Source of the DNA: Candidatus Jordarchaeia archaeon
GTDB taxonomy: Archaea > Asgardarchaeota > Jordiarchaeia > Jordiarchaeales > Jordiarchaeaceae
Direction of reading: 5' to 3'
DNA length: 28,816 bases
Assembly: GCA_029856435.1 (NCBI GenBank)
Contig: JAHQXB010000021.1
Coordinates: 1-28,816, forward strand
Shown here: positions 10,278 through 18,384 of the stretch, piece by piece
Layout of the letters: every line of letters starts with the position of its first letter
Numbering within the stretch: the first letter of the stretch is position 1
The notes under the pieces: model-generated
The model's database searches: none
Told to the model about the DNA's origin: nothing
The model's input: only the letters and a program-made list of their open reading frames with translations
Position numbers and translations under genes: made by a program

Positions 10278-10488
10278 ACAACTTCTATTTATAACCAGCT
10301 GCTATCCGGATATATCGAATAGAAATATACGAGTATTATTTGAAGCATAGTTATGTTGGGAGAAAATTTGATAAGTTTTAGTGTAGGGATCACTATAGGT
10401 TCTAAAGAAAGGCTACACGAAAAGGAGTGGGGGAGAACGTGGGCATCACTATTTTTAAAGTCTATGGATAGAGGGTGTTTTAGCTATC

Positions 10489-10704
10489 TCAAAGTTCCGG
10501 TTTTAATTCTTCTAGAAAGTCCTCAAGCTTCTTTGCGCTTGTGAAAACTTTTATCATGTCCAAGTCCTCAACTCTGACAATGGCCTGCCCTTCTTTCAGG
10601 GTCACGTAAACTCCCCCGCTGTCCTTATCATGGTTTAGATAAACCACTTCTCCAGGATTTCTGCTCCGCCAGTACCGTTTCCTCCTTAAGACTTTCCTAA
10701 ACAT
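10489..10704 (-). CDS. Small hypothetical protein (~71 aa)
   Basis: GGTGAG Shine-Dalgarno-like site precedes ATG at 10704 (MFRKVLRRKRYWRSRNPGEVVYL...). Basic N-terminus, beta-rich middle, acidic helical C-terminus. Confidence 0.6.
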   Translation of the reverse strand: MFRKVLRRKRYWRSRNPGEVVYLNHDKDSGGVYVTLKEGQAIVRVEDLDMIKVFTSAKKLEDFLEELKPEL

Positions 10705-10774
10705 ACACATCTCACCAAGCCAAATTGTCATAGTTGAATTCTATTTATGCTGATAGGCTTTATTAGTGTTACCT

Positions 10775-10823
10775 TGAAAAAAATGCAAAAAATTATATAA
10801 GATTTCTGAAAAAAATGCAAAAA
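10775..10823. repeat. Two direct copies of the 17-mer TGAAAAAAATGCAAAAA, 32-bp period
   Basis: Copies at 10775-10791 and 10807-10823 in the AT-rich divergent intergenic region. Low complexity. Confidence 0.5.
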
Positions 10824-11227
10824 CTAGATAAATATTTTAGCTTTTTTTAAAAATCAGCTAAATAAAAAATTGCAGTAAGTGCAGATTTACTCCAACAAAG
10901 GTTTATAGAAAAAGGGGGATAAAAAATTGGGGGCGCCACGATACTAACCAAGTAAAATAGCTTGTTACAAAAAAAATTAAAGACAATTTGGTTCAAATAA
11001 AAACATTCTATAATTCTTATGAAAAAACGGTTCTGGGCTTTAATAAAAAAATAAAATATCTTATTGGAGTGAATCACGGTAAAAATAAGATAAAAGGCTG
11101 CCAGTGACTCGAGCAACATTTGGGAGGCGGATGACGGCAAATATGTGGAGCAAAAGATAAATACTAAAATATTCAGGTACACCTTTTTACTCGGCTATCA
11201 CGTGTACATTTTGACTAGGGTGATGAT

Positions 11228-12265
11228 TTGTCCTCTTGCAGAATGGTGGATCAGGGGTTTCCCAGGGGTAAGTGTTTGACCCAGACTCAGGAGGGCGTGA
11301 AACCTGCCTGTAAGGCAACCCTTAGACAGTCAGGAGGCATGTGGAGTAGGGTGATTAAATCCGCGCATCTTTCACGACCTGAAGATTATTTCTCTATATA
11401 TCAGAGTGGTTGCAATCACGCCTGCCTTAAATGCCACTCCTGGGAGTTTAGCCAAATTTTTTCAGGACACTGGATGTCCACTGATGAGATAGCAGAAATG
11501 TGTGCGGAGTATGAAAAAAGCGTAACACTTGTAGAGCCTAGGGAAAGAGCCCTTATGTCAACAGCCACGGACCTTTGTCGCCATTGTGGTTCCTGCGTCC
11601 TTGAAGGCAGAAGAAGTAGACACTGTCCCGGTAAACTAAATCCAGAGCAGGTGGTGCTAAGTCCCCAAGGATGGGGCCCCGCAAGAAACATTGTGGCCTT
11701 CACTGGAGGAGACGTAGTGTGCTGCGCGGAGTTCTACGCTGAGGCAACTCGGAAAATAAAGGAGAAGTGCGAAAATATCTTTGTCCTTATTGAAACAAAT
11801 GGTTATGGCTTGACGCCCAAAAATATGGACTTGCTAAGAGATGCTGGTGTGGATTCATTCTGGCTGGATATTAAGGCCTACGATGAAAAGGTTTACCGAA
11901 GGCTCTGCGGAACCACCAATGAGTGGATACTCAAACTTCCTCAAGAATTGATTACTAGAGGTTTTGTGATTGAGGTTTTAACCCTATATATTCCGGGATG
12001 GGTGGAGAAGGACCAAATAGTTAAGATAGCGGAAATAGTAAAAGACGCCGACCCCAAAATACCCTTCATTATTTTGGCCTTCTTTCCCCAGTATAAAATG
12101 CTTGATGTCCGCCCACCTACGCTAATGGAAATGGTGAAGAGCTACTCCATGGTTAAGGCTCTTGGTTTAAAGGAAGTAAAACTGGGCAATATTGGCGTTT
12201 TTGCAAAGACGAATAGAGACCTAGAAACTCTATACAGCATAGTTGGTGAAAAGGGCATAGGTTAA
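11228..12265 (+). CDS. Radical SAM protein (PflA/PFL-activase-like archaeal group)
   Basis: CxxxCxxC motif (GCNHACLKC), AFTGGD, IETNGYG, WLDIKA, LYIPGWVE, FFPQYKM. Confidence 0.9.
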   Translation: MSSCRMVDQGFPRGKCLTQTQEGVKPACKATLRQSGGMWSRVIKSAHLSRPEDYFSIYQSGCNHACLKCHSWEFSQIFSGHWMSTDEIAEMCAEYEKSVTLVEPRERALMSTATDLCRHCGSCVLEGRRSRHCPGKLNPEQVVLSPQGWGPARNIVAFTGGDVVCCAEFYAEATRKIKEKCENIFVLIETNGYGLTPKNMDLLRDAGVDSFWLDIKAYDEKVYRRLCGTTNEWILKLPQELITRGFVIEVLTLYIPGWVEKDQIVKIAEIVKDADPKIPFIILAFFPQYKMLDVRPPTLMEMVKSYSMVKALGLKEVKLGNIGVFAKTNRDLETLYSIVGEKGIG

Positions 12266-12363
12266 AAGTTGTGAAGAATTTTTCGCCTTAACCCTCTAAC
12301 TGGTTTCTCATTCCGATAACCAAATATGTATTCTTTTTTCATTGTTGTTTTGGAGGTAATTTT

Positions 12364-13629
12364 ATGTCTCTAAAAGATGAGGCACTAAACTATCATAGGA
12401 ATAATCCTCCTGGCAATGGTAAATTGGAGGTGGTTGCAAAAACGCCGGTAAGAAACTTGCATGAGCTTGCCCTAGCTTACACTCCAGGAGTAGCTGAGCC
12501 CTCTAGGATAATAAGTAGGGACGCATCCAAGATTTATGATTACACTGTTAAGGGAAACCTTGTTGCGGTAGTTTCCGACGGCTCATCAGTATTGGGCTTG
12601 GGAAATGTAGGAGCCTATGCAGCGGTGCCTGTTATGGAGGGGAAAGCCATTCTTTTTAAGATGCTGGCAGGTGTAGATGCCTTCCCCATTTGTTTATCAA
12701 CAAACAAGCCAGAGGAAGTGGTGGAAACAGTCAAACGTATAGCCCCCATTTTTGGGGGAATAAATCTGGAGGATATAGGAGCGCCGTCCTGCTTCGAGAT
12801 TGAAGCTCAGTTGAAAAAGGAATTGGATATTCCAGTTTTTCACGATGATCAGCATGGAACCGCAGTTGTGGTTTTGGCAGGCCTAATAAACGCATTAAAA
12901 GTGGTGAACAAAAAATTGGAGGAGGTTCGAGTAGTGATTAATGGAGCAGGAGCAGCAGGTCTTGCAGTTTCAAAATTTCTGGTAAAGGCGGGATTAAAAA
13001 ACCTTACAGTATGTGACAGCAAGGGGGCAATCTATGAAGGCAGACCCTATAATATGAATCCCTACAAAGAGGAAGTGGCACACTTCACCAACATTGAGAG
13101 AAGGGAGGGAAAACTTTCAGACATGATGAAAGACGCCGATGTTTTTATTGGACTATCTGTTGCTGGAGTTGTAAGCCAAGAAATGGTGAAATCCATGGCG
13201 GATGATGCAATCGTTTTTGCCATGGCTAATCCCATACCTGAAATTATGCCTGACGAGGCCTTAAAGGCGGGAGCGAAAGTTGTAGCCACAGGTAGATCTG
13301 ACTTCCCAAACCAAATCAACAATGTCTTAGGGTTCCCAGCAATATTTAGGGGAGCCCTCGATGTAAGAGCATCAGAAATAAACGAAGAAATGAAAATAGC
13401 AGCAGCACACGCAATAGCATCACTAGTATCAGATGATGAGCTTTCTGAAGATTACATAATCACCAGTCCCCTGGATTCTAGAGTTATGCCCCAGGAAGCA
13501 GCCGCAGTAGCCGAAGCAGCCATAAAAAGTGGAGTGGCCAGGATAAAAATGGATCCCAAAGAAGTGGCGGAACATACCCGAAAGCTGGTCGCCCTACAAA
13601 AGAAAAGGAGCCCTCAACTATTCCCATAA
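12364..13629 (+). CDS. NAD(P)-dependent malic enzyme (short, MaeB-N-like; no PTA domain)
   Basis: LAYTPGVA, VMEGKAILFK, INLEDI, FHDDQHGTA, GAGAAG, FAMANP, TGRSDFPNQINN. GGAGG ribosome-binding site. Confidence 0.95.
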   Translation: MSLKDEALNYHRNNPPGNGKLEVVAKTPVRNLHELALAYTPGVAEPSRIISRDASKIYDYTVKGNLVAVVSDGSSVLGLGNVGAYAAVPVMEGKAILFKMLAGVDAFPICLSTNKPEEVVETVKRIAPIFGGINLEDIGAPSCFEIEAQLKKELDIPVFHDDQHGTAVVVLAGLINALKVVNKKLEEVRVVINGAGAAGLAVSKFLVKAGLKNLTVCDSKGAIYEGRPYNMNPYKEEVAHFTNIERREGKLSDMMKDADVFIGLSVAGVVSQEMVKSMADDAIVFAMANPIPEIMPDEALKAGAKVVATGRSDFPNQINNVLGFPAIFRGALDVRASEINEEMKIAAAHAIASLVSDDELSEDYIITSPLDSRVMPQEAAAVAEAAIKSGVARIKMDPKEVAEHTRKLVALQKKRSPQLFP

Positions 13630-13811
13630 ACCATCCACTTTACAACAAAAAATAGAACCTCACCTACAATTTCCGATAATCTACTATGTTTCAGAGACAA
13701 AAGTTATCATTTAGTGTTCATAAGCAGAAATTTCTAAAAAAGTAGCTGGAATTCGACGTCTCCTATCTGGTAAACCATCCAAAAATAAAAAAGGGGGATA
13801 CTTTTGGAAAC

Positions 13812-13976
13812 TTAATCCGTAAGAGGCTCGAACATATCCTTTGGGACTCCGCAGACTGGACAAACCCAATCGTCTGGAAGGTCTTCGAAGGCAGTTCCCG
13901 GCGGTATCCCTCCATCAGGATCCCCAACCTCTGGGTCGTAGATATACCCACAAGATGTACATTGCCACTTCTGCAT
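13812..13976 (-). CDS. rub: Rubredoxin 1 (54 aa, Val44 type)
   Basis: Manual translation [54 protein letters not shown]. Two CxxC motifs; GGAGG upstream. The ORF track shows only a shadow frame. Confidence 0.95.
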   Translation of the reverse strand: MQKWQCTSCGYIYDPEVGDPDGGIPPGTAFEDLPDDWVCPVCGVPKDMFEPLTD

Positions 13977-14373
13977 AACTTACCATCCTCCATCTTTAAA
14001 AAAGGTCTCTCCATCTAAACTCAATAAAAATCTTTATATAATTTATCCTTATCCAAAAACGCATCAAAAATTTTTCAAATAAAATAGAAATTAAAAAATT
14101 TTAAACGGCATTTAACTAATCTTCATGGATCTGAAAAGCTGCTATTTGGAAGCTTGCTGGAGAAGCGGACACAAATCCTCATTCCAAAAATTACACTCCA
14201 AAGTTATTAGCTTAAACTAATATGTAAGTCTCTCGGACTGACTCCTCCTAAGATGCGGGTTTAAAGGCTTTTGGGAGAGGGTTCTCCCGGTAAACTTTGG
14301 GTGTATTTGACTTGCCCGTTCTTTTGATAGCGGTCTTAATATGAAACTTGAAAGTTCGAAGTTTTATGGGGGG

Positions 14374-14532
14374 TTAGAGCGGCTCGAACATATCCTTTGA
14401 TGCTCCGCAGACTGGACAAACCCAGTCCTCGGGAAGGTCTTCGAAGGCAGTTCCCGGCGGTATCCCTCCATCAGGATCTCCAACTTCTGGGTCGTAGACG
14501 TAGTCGCAAACTGTGCATCTCCATTTTTCCAT
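14374..14532 (-). CDS. rub: Rubredoxin 2 (52 aa, Ala44 type)
   Basis: Manual translation [58 protein letters not shown] upstream. Confidence 0.95.
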   Translation of the reverse strand: MEKWRCTVCDYVYDPEVGDPDGGIPPGTAFEDLPEDWVCPVCGASKDMFEPL

Positions 14533-15058
14533 CCCTTTTCTTCCTCCTTATTTTTAGGCATTTATTTGATTAGCTTCCTTAAATTTCTTTATCTCTACAT
14601 ATTCGGGTTAATTGCTGGATGTTGCTTGGCGCACCATCTAATTTGTTAGTCTCATGTGTTGAGTTGCATACCTTTTCTTTGGCTTTAAACTCGTTTTCGA
14701 TGCGTTTTTGGATGTCCATGCCGTCAGCGAGGATATTTGCGTCTTGTTTTGTAATGTCCAGTAGGACAGTTGATGTTGCTGTAATGTCAAAGCAGCCTTT
14801 TACAATTTTCACATTGCCGTACTGGGATTGGATGAAATTTCTAGCCTCTTCCTCGGCGCAGTCTCCCACAATAACAATGGGCTCCTGTAGGTTTTCTAAA
14901 TCCCTTTTGAGGAAACCTTTTCCTGCAACCACTGTGAAGTTGCCTTGGCCTTTGGCGTCGAAGAGGAACATGCCTAGTATTGATTCCACTTGTCCCAGGC
15001 AGCCTTCTCTACAAGCCCCCTCTCTTCCGACTACTACTCTAACATTTAGTTCAGGGGG

Positions 15059-15383
15059 TGTTAAAACTGCTTCTACTTAGAATGAAGCTTGTTAACCTGA
15101 GAAACCTCCAACAGTTAACATTAAAGAAAAACCATTAAATCCACCATTCCTCAAAAACAAACATACACATATGTGTCGTGCAGCCGATTCCAGCCAAAGC
15201 CCGGAATGCGGGAAGTTGGAAAAAGCCCAAAAGAGGGCATGGACACAATTGGGAACATCCTCCCACCGAAAGCAGGAGAGAGATGTGCCTGCCTCAACCG
15301 TTCCCCGGGGCGAACCGGTCTCCCCATGAAACCGGGGGGAGGTAGACCCAAAGTCACGCAAGGTTAACGCTGGGGCAGAACGG
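15059..15383 (+). mobile_element. Non-autonomous IS607/TnpB-derived mini element (MITE-like), copy 2, 325 bp
   Basis: About 97% identical to copy 1. Deleting exactly 15059-15383 joins GCC TAT to CCC CCT GAA CTA (A-Y-P-P-E-L) in frame in the host gene, which fixes the boundaries. Left flank ends in GG and the element ends in GG. Confidence 0.85.
15170..15383 (+). ncRNA. Candidate omegaRNA (reRNA) scaffold, copy 2
   Basis: Hairpins GCCC-AAAAGA-GGGC, GCAGG-N11-CCTGC and CTCCCC-N9-GGGGAG. CCGTTC (15298-15303) is complementary to the terminal GAACGG (15378-15383). The 5' boundary is approximate. Confidence 0.45.
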
Positions 15384-16505
15384 ATAGGCTCTCTCCTTTG
15401 CATATGGCACTATCTCTTTGAATCTGGTTATATCAACTATGTCTATTTCGTTCAGGTTTTTGCATCCCAAACCTATTTTTGTAGCCATTGTTGGGTGTTT
15501 GATTTCGCTTATGTCATATCTTAATATTCTGGCTCCCACTGTGTCTACAGCAACAACATTGTCTCCTTCAATTTAGGAGATCGTATTTTTTATTAGCTCT
15601 TTTTTGCCTCGGGGTGCAACTGGTTCCTCTCTCACTGTGTATTCTCCATCGATGAGGGTGTAATCGGGCTTAACAATTTTCAGCATGTTTGCCAGTTTAG
15701 CATGTAAACCGTAGTGGTGCTCTACTTGCTTTGATTCGTCGCTTATTAGTCCATGTTGATTTTTAACACCCGGCGTGGCTACTGTAGTATTATGGGTTTT
15801 AGCTTGGGCACGCTAATGTAGGTATTTTTATTCCGATGCTTACCCAGATCATTAATTATAAGTTTCGGAATTCCAGAGTGTATTTTTTCTCGCCGGTATC
15901 TAGGGTGGTGGGGTATGTGTTTTAATTCGTCCAGAAATAGGCATTCCCTTCCAGCGGACTCCACGGCTTCTAACATCCCACTGGCAGTGAACGCATTTCT
16001 AAATGTGCTTGAGTACAGTTTTCAATAATAAACACTTTTTTGTATTTCCTTTCCATCAAAAACTGTATTAGAGGCGCACAATAGGGGGTTGGTGTAAGCA
16101 TAGTAAATGCTGCTTGTAGTATTCGGCTTTATGTAGATTTTTCCTTCCAAACTTTTTATAACTTTTTTGTCGCTCTCAAAATGGGCAAATATCTTTTCTA
16201 TTGATTTTCTACAGTTCCCCTCGCATATATTCGAAATCACAACCTGCTTTTTATCCACTCTTCTCCCTTTTTGATACCATCACCACCACAAAAGTTTGAA
16301 CTATAATTTTTTTCAAGCTGTCCTCTAAATTCTATGAGATATACTGGTTGAAAATATTCGTACCTTTAACCATCATAACATAAATTCTTGCAGATTTATT
16401 TTATTTCAAAAGTTTTATTACCTCTAAAGTCTATTTTTTAACTTAGGAATGCGGTTAAAAAGGGTTCAGCCTCACTAAAAAATTTGTGTTTTTGAGGTTA
16501 AAAAA

Positions 16506-16865
16506 ATGGCTGCAGATATCTCTATAGATGAAATGATAAAACTCATCGAAATTAATGTAGGGAACTGGAAACCAGTAGCGGTTGCCATTATTGATAAAAA
16601 TTTCAAGATTTGGGCAATGAGGGGGAATATGCCTCAAAAGGTGTTAGATCTTTTTGCCAACCAATCATTAGATGAGATAAGGCCAGGTGACAGCATTCAT
16701 TATGATAGCACATTCCTAATGAAGGTTACTGAAAAAACAGCAGCCATTGTATCTATGGGTGATGTGAGGCTCTCCATTCTTGCTTCGGCAAATCTGAGGG
16801 GAAGAATAAACGCGCTTTCCGAATTTTACAAGCTAGAAAAGTTCGTGGACGACCCTTTTAAGTGA
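16506..16865 (+). CDS. Hypothetical protein, possible roadblock/longin/profilin-like fold
   Basis: 119-aa ORF with ATG start. Apparent helix-strand-strand-helix-3 strands-helix pattern (VAVAIIDKNFKIWA). Confidence 0.55.
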   Translation: MAADISIDEMIKLIEINVGNWKPVAVAIIDKNFKIWAMRGNMPQKVLDLFANQSLDEIRPGDSIHYDSTFLMKVTEKTAAIVSMGDVRLSILASANLRGRINALSEFYKLEKFVDDPFK

Positions 16866-17057
16866 CCACTTGTTTATTTTTGTCCCTAGAGGGAGGATTT
16901 ACGGCTTCTTTTTTTCGAGTTCCAAAGCCCGAGAGTGGGGTGAATCTAGCTCCAAACGCTTCCTAATCAAGTTTCCCCCTTGGTCTTCACGCTGCTTTTC
17001 AGGATAATAAATTTATTAATTTAATAAAGATTTGTACTAAAAAGGAGAGTGGTTTAA

Positions 17058-18227
17058 GTGAAGTTTTGGAATAGTGTTGAAAAGGAAATTGTGGAGGATG
17101 AACTTGTTTCCCTCGTTCGGGAGTTAATCAAAATTCCAAGCTACGCAGAGATTAAAGATGGGGAGAAGAGAGTAGCGGAATACTTGGCTAACTTTTTTAG
17201 AGAAAATGGGCTTTCCCCCGAAATCCGCAAAGTTGGAGACGGAGTTAACATAATTGTTTCATTTGGCGCAGTCGAAGTTAATTCTCCCTCATTGATGTTT
17301 AACGGCCACCTTGACACGGTTCCAGTGGAAAATATGACTATCCTTCCATTCGATGCAGAAATTAGAGAAGGGAAAATCTATGGGAGAGGAGCTTGCGATA
17401 TGAAGGGAGGTCTAGGAAGTATGGCTATGGCTTTAGTGGCGCTTAAAAGGGCTGGAGTTAAACTTAGGGGAAGACTTGTTTTCACTGGAGTTTCTGCTGA
17501 GGAGGCCGGAAGCTGGGGAACGAAGGAAATAGTGAACTCTGGGCCCCTGACCGATTGTGTGGTTGTGGGTGAACCAACCAATCTCGAAATAGTTTCTGCA
17601 TCTAAGGGAATCATTCTGGCAATAATTGATGTTGTTGGAAAAGCCGCCCACGGAAGCACGCCTGAACTAGGCATAAACGCTATTTACAAAGCCGTGAAAC
17701 TAATTCAAAAAGTTCAAGAGGAATTTCCCAAAATTTTTGAGAAAAAAAGGCACTCCCTTTTGGGCTCGCCCACCTTCAATCTAGGAACAATAAGGGGAGG
17801 GGAACGATTCAACATTGTTCCTGAAAAGTGCAGCTTGGTATTCGACAGAAGAGTTCTACCAGGAGAAACCGAGGAAGAAATAACCAAGGAATTCCAAGAA
17901 ATAATCCAGTCTTTGAAAAGGGAGGACAATGAATTCGACGCAAAACTACAAATATTGATGGGACTTCCTCCCATGGACACACCCCTAGAATTACCATTCA
18001 TCAAGTGTCTTGGTGAAGCTGTAAAGCAGGTGGTTGGCCGCACAGTTTACTCCGGAATTCCGGGAGCCACGGATGCATCAATTTTCTCACAGCATGGAAT
18101 TCCAGGCATAGTTTTTGGTCCAGGCCACCTGAGCAAAGCTCACACCTGTGATGAATACGTGGAAATTTCACAGCTCAAACAAGCAACCCAAATTTACGCA
18201 CTCACCGCACTTAAATACTTAGGCTGA
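17058..18227 (+). CDS. M20 family metallopeptidase/deacylase (ArgE/DapE-like)
   Basis: FNGHLDTVP, GRGACDMKGG, AEEAGS, VGEPT, GKAAHGSTPELGINAI, GATDA, GPG..AHTCDEYV. Confidence 0.95.
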   Translation: MKFWNSVEKEIVEDELVSLVRELIKIPSYAEIKDGEKRVAEYLANFFRENGLSPEIRKVGDGVNIIVSFGAVEVNSPSLMFNGHLDTVPVENMTILPFDAEIREGKIYGRGACDMKGGLGSMAMALVALKRAGVKLRGRLVFTGVSAEEAGSWGTKEIVNSGPLTDCVVVGEPTNLEIVSASKGIILAIIDVVGKAAHGSTPELGINAIYKAVKLIQKVQEEFPKIFEKKRHSLLGSPTFNLGTIRGGERFNIVPEKCSLVFDRRVLPGETEEEITKEFQEIIQSLKREDNEFDAKLQILMGLPPMDTPLELPFIKCLGEAVKQVVGRTVYSGIPGATDASIFSQHGIPGIVFGPGHLSKAHTCDEYVEISQLKQATQIYALTALKYLG

Positions 18228-18384
18228 TAGTGACTACATAATTCTCCCAACAGTCGCCACAGAAAAACGTATTCTAAAAGTTGGGGAGAAAAAAAGTTTC
18301 TTTTTCTAAAAATTTTTTCATTAAAAATTAGATTAGTTGTTTACCTTTTCACACATATTTATTTGTAATTGATGTTTATAATTA

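Larger units (their letters stand above)
14579..16258 (-). pseudogene. DUF362-family (putative Fe-S) gene, multiply frameshifted and interrupted by mini element copy 2
   Basis: DUF362 motifs appear in order across shifting frames: IYIKPN, IIENCTQ, VPKLK(T)H, GVKNQHG, TLIDG, DNVVAVDTVGARIL, then KERAYP|PELNVRVVVGREGACREGC across the insertion. At least 4 frameshifts between about 15570 and 16080. Confidence 0.8.

Noticed and set aside
10847-11182. 111-aa hydrophobic ORF
   Set aside because: The F/I/Y/N richness is what very AT-rich DNA yields by chance; no recognisable family.
12311-13689. TTCCGATAA-N5-TATGT on both sides of the malic enzyme gene (12311 and 13671)
   Set aside because: Too short and too similar to a generic BRE/TATA-like promoter sequence to support a mobile cassette.
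14273-14288. Hairpin GGGAGA-GGGT-TCTCCC between the rubredoxin genes
   Set aside because: A single 6-bp stem with no U-tract on the coding strand and no further structure; insufficient for a terminator or ncRNA call.
13763-14561. ORF-track proteins 13763-14014 and 14364-14561
   Set aside because: Off-frame shadows of the two rubredoxin genes.
9445-15383. Composite transposon or invertible segment carrying the radical SAM, malic enzyme and rubredoxin genes between the inverted copies
   Set aside because: Both outer ends are right ends, and the two halves of the DUF362 gene remain collinear around copy 2. These are independent insertions and no inversion has occurred.
15170-15383. Resemblance to a group II intron 5' end (GTGTCG..., GGGGGGAGG)
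   Set aside because: No domain V/VI consensus, no reverse transcriptase, and the TnpB-like scraps plus GG ends explain the segment better.
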